Positions 27,058-41,495 of a stretch of DNA of 64,000 nucleotides are shown piece after piece. The stretch lies in the NCBI GenBank assembly GCA_951406725.2, contig OX597814.1:33294001-33358000 (forward strand), given 5' to 3'. Numbering within the stretch: the first letter of the stretch is position 1; each line of letters starts with the position of its first letter. The notes under the pieces were generated by a model. That model saw nothing but the letters and a program-made list of their open reading frames with translations. It was not told the DNA's origin and made no database searches. The position numbers and the translations under genes are program-made. The stretch is from Octopus vulgaris. Its lineage: Eukaryota.

Positions 27058-27819
27058 TTCAAGAAAAGTAACAATACATTGAACAAGAATAACTTGAAAA
27101 ACAACAGTTACCTCTGAAATAACACCAATAAAGATATGAACAAAAGAAGGATCTTAAAACTGTAATGATAATGTGGTTCCAAGAACAAATTTCACCATCA
27201 CTAGATACACCGCAATAAAGATACAACGAAAACAGTGGCAATAACAGCAGCATGAACTATTAAACAGGATTACATATATGAAGAAATCAGTGATGAGAAG
27301 AGCAAGATCAAAACCTCTTTTTCAAGAGATCTCTTTCGTAATTAGACGGATATTCCGCCCCAGACAAGATTGTCCAAAACAAAAAAAAAAAAAAAAGAAA
27401 AATCGAACCACATAATGCACTCCGGTCATGTTACCTTTTCTGAGAAGGTCGAAGATGTGAAATGGAAGGTAATTACCTGGCACTTCCTGTCTGCTAATGG
27501 TACAAACGCCTCAATTTGTGAAAATTAGCTCAAGAAGAGCAAAAACAAAAAAAAAGGAAAACGTAGTATGGTAAATGTAATATTTAGTAGCCTCAAAAGG
27601 CTATTAAATATCCGACTACACTACGTGTCACTGAGGAGCCAATGCTTGCTCTATGTTATATAATTGTTGGAATACTGGGGTAAAGGTAGTGGAGGCATCA
27701 CTGTTGCTGGAATCTCAGTTGGTGATGACTACAGTTAAAAACTGTTAGGGACTTATGAACTATATTGTCTTCTTCCAAGAACGCTTGTCCAATATAACAA
27801 CGTATTTCAGGTATTGATT

Positions 27820-28049
27820 ACTCTTTACTCTCTCTTTTACTCTTTTACTTGTTTCAGTCAGTTGACTGCGGCCATGCTGGAGCACCGCCTTTAGTCGAGC
27901 AACTCGACCCCGGGACTTATTCTTTGTAAGCCCAATACTTATTCTATCGGTCTCTTTTGCCGAACCGCTAAGTGACGGGAACATAAACACACCAGCATCG
28001 GTTGTCAAGCAGTGCTAGGGAAACAAACACAGACACACAAACATACACG

Positions 28050-28103
<54 letters not shown>

Positions 28104-28271
28104 TACGACGGGCTTCTTTCAGTTTCCTTCTACCAAATCCACTCACAAGGCTTTGGTCGGCCCGAGGCTATAGTAGAAGACACCTGCCCAAGGTGCCACG
28201 CAGTGGGACTGAACCCGGAACCATGTGGTTGGTAAGCAAGCTACTTACCACACAGCCACTCCTGCGCCTAT
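27820..28271 (-). mobile_element. SINE family A, full length
   Basis: Matches the family. Confidence 0.95.
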
Positions 28272-29732
28272 TAAACTGAAATTTCGAAATATTCTCAAAT
28301 GGGAAACACCGAAATCACGGATTTGGAGATAAAGATACTTTTAAGTGCGAGTGGAAATAATCTAGAACGTTTCTTCCCTTTATAAAAACAGCTAAAACTT
28401 TTACAAGGACAACCCGAATTCAAATTACCAATGTCTTTCCCACGGCAAAATCATTTAAAATTGGTGTCAATGACACTACAGCCATTATAGCAGAAGCAAT
28501 AGAAGCATCAAGAAAGGAAACGCCAGTCATTAACATCATTGGATATTACAAAAACAACACTGGAGTAAATAAACATACTGGGTGCAAAGAGACGAAACAT
28601 TTACAACATTTATCTCCCTTCTGTCGTACAAAATGTGTAATACCTGGGAGCTCTATAAGGTGACTTATGTAAAAACCCAGAGTCATTGCATAAGGTAGTC
28701 TTAGATACCAATATGCCTGAAGAAAAGATAGGATAGTTACGAATTTAATGTTCTTGGGTCATATATCTTGTCGATTAGAGGTGTTATAAATTTAAATGAA
28801 TACAATAATAGAGTTAAGGTGATAAAGAAGAAAAACACTTGTTTGCTTTGGTTGCATATTGTTATTTCACACCGTTCTTCATTTTGCAAAATTGAATCAA
28901 AGGTGAAGTTCAGAAAATCCATGTATGCCTAACAAAGAAATGAAGTAATTAAGATAGCAGTACTAGAAAAACAATAACTCTAGTGTTTTCTATATAGAAT
29001 CAAGAACACTAGTTTACTTGCACAAACGATTCCAGCTCTATAAACAACCCCGTGACAGCGCTTTCCATTCAGAGGCAAATACACATCTCAAGAAAGTTAG
29101 TATTAAATATGTAAAGAAGATAATGTCTGCAGTCCGCAGGCACTTACTGGCTTTTAAGATCACTTACAGTTCTCGTTATTTTATCTACCAACTGTATTTA
29201 ATGTTGCATAATTGATGAAGGACATAAATTGAATCTTTGCTACATTTGATTACGTCACTACGTTTGAAGTTCAAATCCGACGAGCTCAGCTTTGTTTAAT
29301 ATTTGTCCAAGACAGATAAACTAAAAATTATATACATTCAGCCGGCTACAGTCCTTTACTACAAATATCTGGAATTGTGCCACTACAAGAAATCCTGCTG
29401 ACGTGGGGTTTATAAACGAAATGGCTAATCCTTTTTTTTTTATGGCTGCCTTAATACTTTTGCAATGTTGCAATTCAGCTTGAAACAATACTGCCGGTAC
29501 CATTGAATTTGAGAAGTAGGAGATGCGGGGATTATTGTGCCCTCACAAAAACTTCCTACCGCATTAAGTTATGTTTGAGTTCTAACCAAGTCGAGGTCTA
29601 TTTTGCCTTATATACTCGATGAAAAGTACTCAAATTGACTGTGCGTCATTCTATGTTGAATTGACAATTAGCAAAAGGCGTTCAATGTGCATGAATTCTT
29701 GTGTGCAAATATATGCTTATATAAATAAGTTT

Positions 29733-30140
29733 AGGCACAGGGGTGGCTGTGTGGTAAGAAGCCTGCTTTCCAACCATAAGATTCCGGGTTCAGCCCCACT
29801 GCGTGGCACCTTGGACAAGTGTTTTCAACTATAGCCTTGAGTCGATCAAAGCCTTGTGAGTGGATTTGGTTGACGGAAACTGTAAGGAGCCCATCGTATA
29901 TTTATGTGTGTGTGTGTGTATTTGTGTTTGTTTTTGTTCCACCACCACCACCACCATCGCTTGACATCCGATGTGGGTGTGCTTACGTCCTCGTAAACTA
30001 GCTGTTCGGAAAAAGAGACCAATAGAACAAGTACTAGGCTTACAAAGAATTAGTCCTGGGGTTGCTTTGCTCGACTAAAGGCGGTGCTCCAGCATGGCCG
30101 CAGTCAAAATTACTGAAACAAGTAAAAGAATAGAATAGAA
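29733..30140 (+). mobile_element. SINE family A, full length
   Basis: Matches the family. Confidence 0.92.
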
Positions 30141-30205
30141 AAGAATATATAGATATAATCCTTACATATATACGTACATCCTTATAGATATGTATGTGTA
30201 TATAA

Positions 30206-30253
<48 letters not shown>

Positions 30254-30680
30254 ACAATTGAGGGTAAAATTAATTAGTTATTAATCAATTTCACCAAGTA
30301 TTCAGTATGTAAAAGGACCATTTAAGGCGAATTCAAAATATTACATTATATAAGTAGGGCTTAGTAAAATAAATTACTTTGCCACATACTGAACTTGCTA
30401 GAAATAGCAGCCAAAAAAGTTTTTTTGCCATTTCCACTACTTAAAGAAAATTTCTCTCAGATAATGTTTACTCAAAATAACTCACGAAGGTATGGAGGTA
30501 AAAACAGAAAAATATCACAAGTACAAAGATTATTTGAGAACGTTAACGTTTCTAGATTAGCCAAATAAACTCAGCATATATATATATACACACACAAGAA
30601 ATAATATTTGTCTCTTCTAATAGAAACAAAAGGGCTTAGAGAACTGCAAACGAAGTGCTCAAACACAAATGAGACGGAGA

Positions 30681-31811
30681 TAAAGAAGCATTGGTTATAG
30701 AACAATCATTAAATTTGGGTCAACGACTTTACACACAACACCACCTTTCAAACATTTAATCATATATAAAATTCCCCATGGTTCCCAAACACATAATACA
30801 ATACATATACATAAAATCACAGAAGGTAAAAGTATATAAACGAATAAAATACAAATAGAACGGCTATGAAAAATGTTAAATATAAACGGCTAAAAGTTCA
30901 AAAACTACCAAAAAACCTAATAGACAAATACAAAATAAGTAAAGGTAAAACTTAAAATAAATATCCAGAGTTTTATCAAATGATTAAAATATTTTTTTAT
31001 TTAAATTTTTTTTTTCAATATTTGTAAAAATATTTGAAAAAAGTATTTTCCTTCCCTCATACAAGTACGTCCAAAGTTCATAAGTAAACAGACTTTCACG
31101 GGTCAAGTTCACATACATCATGAAAAAAGTCTTTTACTCCCTCCACACAAGTACGTTCAAAAGTTTATAATGAGCAGACTTCACAGGTCAAACTCAATAC
31201 TCACATATATCTATGGCCATTTCGGGAACTCACCACCGGAATTTATTCACACTAAAGTGCAACACGGCGATGACCCACCTCATTAGGATAAACGAAAAAC
31301 AAGAGACACGCACAGATCAAAATTTTTTAAGGAAAGCTTATACTTTTATGAAAATCTTATATAATTTGAAAGGAAAACCAATAAACGGACCAGTCCATAT
31401 TTTCTAAAAAAAATGTCTATTGCTAAACATTTAGGTGGCTGTAGTTAACAGAAATTCAACTATTGCTAAACCGGCGAGGTTGAATTTCTGTTAACTACAG
31501 CCACCTAAATGTTTAGCAATAGACATTTTTATTAGAAAATATGGACTGGTCCGTTTATTGGTTTTTCTTTTAGATTATTCTTTTACTCTTTTATTCTTAT
31601 ACTTGTTTCAGTCATTTGACTGCGGCCATGCTGGAGCACCGCCTTTCGAGCAAATCGAGCAAATCGACCCCGGGACTTATTCTTTTGTAAACCCAGTACT
31701 TATTCTATCGGTCTCTTTTGCCGAACCGCTAAGTAACGGGGACATAAACACTCCAGCATCGGTTGTCGAGCAATGCTAGGAGGACAAACACAGACACAAA
31801 CACACACACGC

Positions 31812-31844
<33 letters not shown>

Positions 31845-32588
31845 TACGACGGGCTTCTTTCAGTTTCCGTCTACCAAATCCACTCACAAGGCTTTAATCG
31901 GCTAGAGGCTATAGTAGAAGACACTTGCCCAAGGTGCCACGCAGTGGGACTGAACCCGGAACCATATGGTTGGTAAACAAGCTACCTACCACACAGCCAC
32001 TTTCATAAAAGTATAAGCTTTCCTTAAAAAATTTTGATCTGTTCGTGTTTCCTGAGGGGGTCATCGCCGTGTTGCACTTTAGTGTGAATAAACTGCGGCG
32101 GTGAGCTGAGCTCCCGAAATGGCCATAGATATATGTGAATGTTGAATTTGACCTATTATATCTGCTCATTATGAACTTTTGGACGTACTTGTGTGGCAGG
32201 AGTAAAAGACTTTTGCAAATATTTGTTCAACTATTTAAAAAAAAATTTTGTTTTAATAGAAAAATATTTTAATCATCTGATAAAACTTTTTTTAGTCGGT
32301 GGATATTTATTTTTATTTTTACTTTTACTTATTTCATATTTGTCTATTAGATTTTTTGGTAGTTTTTTAACTTTTAGCTGTTTATATTTAACTTTTTGAT
32401 AGGCCGTTCTATTTGTATTTTATTCGATTACATACTTTTAACTTCTGTGATTTTTATGTATATGTATTATTTTTATGTGTTTGGGAACCATAGTGATTTT
32501 TATATGTGATTAAATATTTGAGAGGTGGTGTTGTGTGTAAAGTCGTGGACCCAAATTTAATGATTGTTCTATAACCAATGCTTCTTTA
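30681..32588. repeat. Large fold-back (left arm 30681-31460, 18-nt loop, right arm 31479-32588 interrupted by a SINE)
   Basis: Reverse-complement arms traceable from the loop outwards to TAAAGAAGCATTGG / CCAATGCTTCTTTA. Confidence 0.92.
31578..32001 (-). mobile_element. SINE family A inserted in the fold-back arm
   Basis: Matches the family; arm homology resumes after it. Confidence 0.93.
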
Positions 32589-32662
32589 CACATTAAAAAA
32601 TTAGCAGAATGAGATAAAAAATCCATGGGAAAGAAAGATTTCAGAACATTTATAATGAGAAG

Positions 32663-32710
32663 GCTTTACAGCTGTTTCCGGGATATTTTATATATCCTTT
32701 CATCGGAGAC
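32663..32710 (-). ncRNA. Decayed or variant hammerhead motif in a PLE-terminal-repeat-like segment
   Basis: CCGATGA-aaGGATAT ataaa ATATCCcg-GAAAC-AGCT-GTA. Confidence 0.55.
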
Positions 32711-32922
32711 AGTGTGAGAAAATGGTGGTTAAGCAATACTTATTCTAGTTAGGCTATGAAATAGAGAGTGAAGTGGAGGAATGAAAATAGACGTAAGATA
32801 TGCAGGGATTTTGCATATGCAGTTCCATTATTTAGGCAAAATGGTATACATATATATACATACATACATATAAATGTGTATACATACATATAAACATGTA
32901 AGTATATACATAAACATACATG

Positions 32923-33017
<95 letters not shown>

Positions 33018-33199
33018 GTATATGTATATGTATATGTATATATATACACATATGACACATGTATATACATACATGTCAACACAGTAGCAAAAAGAAAAGA
33101 AGATGAAAATGTACTTTTTCACTTCTCTTTTATGATCGGTTGCGTGAAATTCTGTGTAACAGTTTGTAAAGATTTTTAACTTCAATAAAACACTGCATA

Positions 33200-34091
33200 G
33201 GTGGTCTTATCAATAAGTATCCGGACTGTTGGTATAGTAACGAAGCTAAAGCACGCAGAGTAAAGCCGCTTGACATGGATTGATCTCGAACTCTGCTGTG
33301 TATCCACACTAAGTTTTAACGTTCTGTCTCACTTCTCCTGTTTACAGCAGTGCTTAGATATAACCGATGTAACCTGTGTGGCGTATGATCGTCGCATTGA
33401 CCATTAAAGAGAAAGTTGAGCGGAGAATCTGCATAAGATTTTGCCAAAAGCTTGGCGGTACCTGCTAAGAGGCCTATGCAAAGTTTTCAAAGAGTTTTCA
33501 TCGTTCTCATTGCATTCAAGGAGATCTTGTGCAACTGAGACCCGATGGTCTTTCTGGTCCACTGAAAGCGGTTTTAGCACAAACTGGGCAGACATGCTTC
33601 TCATACCCAAATCTTCATTGATAATGAACTGAACTGAACCGTAACTAATCTGCACATCCTCTGGTAATTAGGGATGGTGATTTTACGATTTCCCCTCACA
33701 GCTGCACAGACATCTGCGACGTTTTTCTCAGTTTTGTTGGTTGCGGGTCTTCCAGAACTTTCGTCATTATCGGCATTTTTTTTCGGCTATCTTGGAGACG
33801 TCTGAACCCCTCGTACACTTGTGTGCTGCTCACATATACCTCTCCATGCACTTTCTGAAACTTTGCGTAAGCCTCTGAGCAGGTATCGCCATGACAACTT
33901 TCTCTGTCATGGTCAATGCGACGATCACATGCTATACACCTTCCTTCCAAGCACTACTGTAAACAGCGGGAGTGAGCTACAACGTTAAAACTTGAGAGAG
34001 TTCAAGGTCAGTTCGGGCTAAGCGGCTTCACTCTTCATGTTTTAGCATCGTTATTATGGCAACAATCCTGATACTTATCGATTAGACCTCG
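33200..34091. mobile_element. Non-autonomous mariner made of two inverted 5' ends
   Basis: TA-flanked TIRs; both halves encode DTC/GTC.EAYAKF; the minus half continues into HTH and linker (EDLGMRSMSAQFVLK). Confidence 0.85.
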
Positions 34092-34561
34092 TATGTATGT
34101 GCGTGAAAACGAAATTATATATATGTATGTGTGCTCACGCGCGTCTATGAATGTATGTGTGTATGTATGTATGTATGTATGTATATGTGTATAAGAACGA
34201 ATGTATATCACTCTTCCTCACTCCTTTTGACTTTTCCGTCGTTCACAAACACACAGACTCCATGCATACGCCACGACACTCTCCATCAACCCCCTTTCCA
34301 TCACTCTCTCTCTCTCTCCCTCTCTCTCTTTCTCTCACTCCCTCCCTTCAGAAAGTTATGCTACTACCAATCTGGTTTTCAAACCTTCTTGTGCGTCCCT
34401 CGGTGTCGCGTATCAGCTGAAAATATCTTCGCATTCATTTATTTCTCAATTTTCATACCCATCCTGACCCTAAACTTTCTCTATTTTCATATTCTTTAAC
34501 ACCCAACTATATTTCACCTTCTCCCTCTTTTCCTTTCTCTCTCTCTCCCTCCACCTCTCTG

Positions 34562-34593
<32 letters not shown>

Positions 34594-34727
34594 CCTTTCT
34601 TAACTTATTCTATCTCTATCTCTGTGTATCTATCTCACTTTTTTCTTTATCCGCAAACTGTATTACGTTCTGTTTCTTTGTATTCCCATCCACTACCACC
34701 ATCTTTGTATTCTATTCTTACACTGTC

Positions 34728-34764
<37 letters not shown>

Positions 34765-35219
34765 TTTGCACTTAGTTTCTTAAGCATCCTTACTTCATTT
34801 TTAAGTGCATACAATAATTCAATAAAAAAATTTTCTTCAAATTTATATTTTTTACTGAAAATATTTAAAATTATACAAAAAAATCAAGTGAATGTTTATT
34901 GCCTGGCATTAAAACTGAAAATCTTTAGGGATTTAATAAACTTTACATATATTTTTCGTTATACATTTTACTCATTTTTTGTAAAGATGAATGACATGAC
35001 TTATTATTTCAAATATAATATGTGTCTTCCTTGTTCGCATTCATCATTTCTTTAACAGAGTTATTTTGGAGATTTTAATATTAATAACAAAATAGGTTAC
35101 ATTAGATATACCAGACACAACCTCATTAAATTTGTTAAAAGACATTTTATGTCTGTTTTATTTTTGTTTATTTTGTTTTATCGTTTTGCTCAGATATGTC
35201 TTTAATGGGTTATTTATCA

Positions 35220-36802
<1,583 letters not shown>

Positions 36803-36807
36803 TTTTT

Positions 36808-36937
36808 TTTATTATATAGAAGGAGCTTCTACAGGACTAGTACTGTTTCATTCAAGAGAAATCTTCAGGAAGCTTCCTGAAGATTTCTCTTGAATGAAAC
36901 AGTACTAGTCCTGTAGAAGCTCCTTCTATATAATAAA
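36808..36937. repeat. Perfect 130-bp palindrome containing a hammerhead-like motif on both strands
   Basis: 65-bp arms, no spacer, centre AAGCTT; CTGAAGA-tttc tctt gaat-GAAAC-AGTACTA-GTC. Confidence 0.95.
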
Positions 36938-37004
36938 TTAATTTTACTCTGCTATGTATTGAGTACCTTACTTACTGTGGTTAACCCCGAATCAACCCGG
37001 GACC

Positions 37005-37078
<74 letters not shown>

Positions 37079-37090
37079 CGTACATGTGTA

Positions 37091-37657
37091 TTGGGTTGTC
37101 CGGAAAGTTCGTGCCGATTTATAGTAGCTTGCTTTTTCGACTTATTTTAGAACATGGTTGAGTCCATAAAATAGAATTTGACTACACCTTCATTTTGAAC
37201 ACAGTTTAAGCTATCTTTTCGTGGAAGAAGATTTATGTTCCTATAACCTGCGTTAATTCTGTAACCCTTTAAAATGGAAGATAAGAAAGTTCATTTTCGG
37301 TACTTGATGCTTTGGGAACCAGACAAAAATTGATGCAGCTCGGCTGGGATGTGTTACCCCACCCTCGATATTCAGCAGATATTGCTCCTTCGGATTTCTA
37401 CTTATTCAGGTCTCTGCAGAATAGTCTTAATGGTAAAAATTTCAATTTATTCGATGACGTAAAAAGATACCTTGATGAATTCTTTGCCATGAAACCACCT
37501 CAATTCTGGGAAGATGGTATTTTCAAGTGAAAGGAAAGAGGGAGACGCATTGTGCAATGAAATGGTTCATATTTGGTTGATTAAAAATGTAATGGCAAGT
37601 ATTTATTGACCTTTTTCTTTCCTTTAAAAATCGGCACGAACTTTCCGGACAACCCAC
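37091..37657 (+). mobile_element. Internally deleted mariner element
   Basis: TIRs TGGGTTGTCCGGAAAGTTCGTGCCGATTT, TA TSD; MEDKKVHFRY joined to WDVLPHPRYSADIAPSDFYLF (YSPDLAPSD motif). Confidence 0.95.
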
Positions 37658-38149
37658 TACATATAAATACACAGATATACATAAATACACAGCTTCATCC
37701 ATATATACATCCCTAGATACATACACATACATACACACATACATGCATACATACACACACAAGCACACGTACATACTTAACTACATACACAGATACATAC
37801 ATAGATGCATTCATATATATTTTGTGCATACAAACATACGTAGGCGGCAATTTGACAGAACTGCTAAAACTTTGGATATAAAACGTTATTCTCTCTTGGT
37901 CTGTGCGAATTGAGTTCGAATTTCTCTGACACTAGTTTTTTTCCTTTCATGTCTCTAACTCCGGTGTTTAAAGTACCATTTCCTTGCTGGTGAATTACTA
38001 TATTTCTTAGAGTCTCTTGCGTTCTGTGTTCAAATCCAACCTAATCGGCTTTATTCAGTGTTAATCCTTCGGTCATGAGAGGTTTCTTTGCGATTTGCAT
38101 TGACAGGTATGCAAACTTGTCGCTAGTATAGAAAAACTAGCAACGACAT

Positions 38150-38945
38150 ATTCTTTTCTACGCTAGGCACGAGGCCCGAAATTTTGGAAGAAGGGGCCAG
38201 TCGATTACATCGACTCCAGTGCGTAACTGGCACTTAATTTATCAACCTCGAAAGGGTGAAAGGCAAAGTCGACCCCGGAGGAATTTGAACTCAGAACGTA
38301 AAGACAAACGAAATACCTAGTTATTTACTGCCCACAAGGAGCTACACACAGAGGGGACAAACAAGGACAGGCAAACGGATTGAATCGATTATATCGACCG
38401 CAGTGCGTAACTGGTACATATTTAATCGACCCCGAAAGGATGAAAGGCAAATTTGACCTCGGCGGAATATGAAATCAGAACGTAACGGCAGACGAAATAC
38501 CGCTAAGCATTTCACCCGGCGTGCTAACGTTTCTTATTTCTTTATTGCCCACAAAGGGCTAAACATAGAGGGAAGAAACAAGGAGAAACGAAGGGATTAA
38601 GTCAATTACATCGACCTCAGTGCGTAACCGTTACTTAATTTATCTACCCCGAAAGGATGAAAGGCAAAGTCGACCTCGGTGGAATTTGAACTCAGAGCGT
38701 AACGGCAGACGAAATACCTATTTTTTTACTACCCACAAGGGGCTAAACACAGAAGGGACAAATAAGGACAGACAAACGGATTAAGTCGAGTATATCGACC
38801 CCAGTGCGTAACTGGTACTTATTTAATCGACCCCTAAAGGATGAAAGGCAAAGTCCACCTCAGCGGAATTTGAACTCAGAACGTAGCGGCTGACGAAATA
38901 TCGCTATGTATTTCGCCCGGCGTGCTAACGTTTCTGCCAGCTCGA
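38150..38945 (-). mobile_element. Head-to-tail tandem array of four SINE B units
   Basis: GAAAGGCAAAGTCGACC...GAATTTGAACTCAGA recurs near 38258, 38442, 38659 and 38843. Confidence 0.92.
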
Positions 38946-39315
38946 AGTCTTTGCTAGCAACAACATATTGTGGCATTCATGTAGCTGTGAACTGAGAACA
39001 GCTGATCGGTCATAGATATATAGGGAGAGTAAGGAGAAAAGGCGGGAAGAGACGATAAAAGAGAGAGGGGATAGAGAGAGCGCAAGAGATTAATAAAGAT
39101 AACATTAGTCTCCAGTTTCTCCCACCATTCTCTCTGCTCATCGTTCTCAGCCGTGTTTAAATCGCCAAATCTCCTTTATCTTCTGTGTATATGGACCATC
39201 CATTCCCATCCTGAAACCTTAACCAAAATATTTAGATTACTTATGTTACACACACACACACTCACTCACACATACAGATAGATATATAGACAGAGAGAGG
39301 GACAGACAGACAGGC

Positions 39316-39401
<86 letters not shown>

Positions 39402-40584
39402 ACAGACAGACAGACAGACCGATAGATGGATAGATAGATAGATAGATAGATAGATAAGAAGAAGAAATTTGAATAGCTAAAGAGCTATTGCAATTAATTT
39501 CCATTCCAGTCAGACTCTATCGATATGCCTCCATTTAGAGAACAGAAGATATTTTGGAAGGAAAGAAAAGAGACATGGACGAAAAAGGAGGGAAGAAGAA
39601 GAGAAAATTAAAGAAAGCAAAAACGAAGGAAAACGACAAGAAATAACGAAAGGAAAATTTGAAAATATAACCTAGAAGAAAACGAAAAGAAAAATATAAA
39701 GAAACAAAATGGCGGATTATTAGAAATTAAGATTTTAAGGCATTTTCTATCGCAATATCAAGTTCTTATTAAATCAGTGTTAAATTGTCCTCCCTATTCA
39801 CTAATTATCTCTTTAAAAATGACAACACCTTTTTCTTTTCATTTCAAAATGACATTTATTAGACTAGTCGCAGAAACGAATTGCAAATTACTAAATCTCT
39901 GCATTAAATAAGAATCAAATGACTTTTATTCACATTATAATTTATTTGTTCATTGTTTTGCTAGTTTTTTTTTAGTTTGTTTTTGTTTTGTTTTTGTTTT
40001 TGGTTTTTGTTTTTTTTATCGTCGGTTTCAATAACAAATCTTTCAATCGTTATCAGACATATACACGTCGATGCCTGAAGGCTAAACATAAAAATGTTAC
40101 ACTTGATTAGCGATTATCTTTATGTAATATTAATAACAACGATTTCAAACAATGACATAAGACCACAAATTTCCGGGTAGAATAAATTCGATTAAACTGA
40201 TGTAACTTCTGGACTGGTACTTACTTTATAGACCTGGGAAAGCTCAAAGGCATATCGAACGTAACTAAATACTTCAAGGTATTGGGTCTGGCGCACCATC
40301 AATATTGCCGCTTCACTGGATTGAGAATAGCAATAACAATTTTTAACATAGGTATATGATCGTGCTTCTCGGGGAAGTGGACGGTTGAATAAATCTAACT
40401 AGCTTCATATGTTATATGCACGAAAATATGAAATGCAAAGTCTTTCCTCTCAGAATAGTGAACTCTGAATTGAAGAACGTAAGCAGATGCTGTGAGGCAT
40501 TTCATAACGTACTCTACCGATTCTTCTAATTTTCCATCTCTGTGGATACCATCCCTGTCGATTAATAGTAATGATAATAATATT

Positions 40585-40793
40585 TTCTACCAAAGGCCCA
40601 ATGAAATTCTAGAGGGAGAGGACAAGTCGATTACATCGACCCCAGTGTTTCACTGGTATTTCATTTATCGACTCCGAAAAGATGAAAGTCAAAGATAACC
40701 TCGGCGGAATTTGAACTCAGAACGTAAAGACGAACGAAATGTTGCTCAGCATATCGCCTGGCGTGCTAACGATTCTGCCAGCTCGCTGCCTTA
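40585..40793 (-). mobile_element. SINE family B
   Basis: Matches the family. Confidence 0.88.
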
Positions 40794-40957
40794 AAGAATC
40801 GGTATTATTTGGAACTGCACGCATATTGTGTAAAGTACTGTCTGTCTGGGGTTCTTATTGTGACTTGACAGACAGTACAAATCCCCGGTAGACACAATGT
40901 CTTCAGTCAACAACATCACGATATTGGATACTATGTGACGTCTTTAATAATAATACA

Positions 40958-41342
40958 TGGAAGCACTCCGTCGGTTACGACGACGAGGGTTCCGGTTGAT
41001 CCGAATCAACGGAACAGCCTGCTCGTGAAATTAACGTGTAAGTGGCTGAGCACTCCACAGACACGTGTACCCTTAACGTAGTTCTCGGGGATATTCAGCG
41101 TGACACAGAGAGTGACAAGGCCGGCCCTTTGAAATACAGGTACAACAGAAACAGGAAGTAAGAGTGAGAGAAAGTTGTGGTGAAAGAGTACAGCAGGGAT
41201 CACCACCACCCCCTGCCGGAGCCTTGTGGAGCTTTAGGTGTTTTCGCTCAATAAACACTCACAACGCCCGGTCTGGGAATCGAAACCGCGATTCTATGAC
41301 CGCGAGTCCGCTGCCCTAACCACTGGGCCATTGCGCCTCCAC
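40958..41342 (-). mobile_element. SINE family C, full length
   Basis: A box TGGCCCAGTGG, B box GGTTTCGATTCCC; flanked by a TTAATAATAATA direct repeat. Confidence 0.92.
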
Positions 41343-41423
41343 TTAATAATAATAACAACAACAACACCAATAATAATAATATCAATAATAATAATTCTAT
41401 CTGCCAGCCGCCTTGATGACAAC

Positions 41424-41495
<72 letters not shown>

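Noticed and set aside
27630-27660. CTGAGGAG followed by a small hairpin as a hammerhead
   Set aside because: No GAAA/GUH half
28560-28930. Possible minus-strand exons after good acceptors (near 28929 and 28717)
   Set aside because: Weak donors and no recognisable protein; the plus strand nearby looks like a decayed LINE ORF1 zinc knuckle
30535-30578. Minus-strand CTGAGTT...GAAAC-GTTAAC-GTT hammerhead-like motif
   Set aside because: Core lacks G8-A9 and stems I and II do not pair
38150-38945. CRISPR-like repeat array
   Set aside because: Units are 180-240-bp SINE copies without unique spacers, in a eukaryotic context
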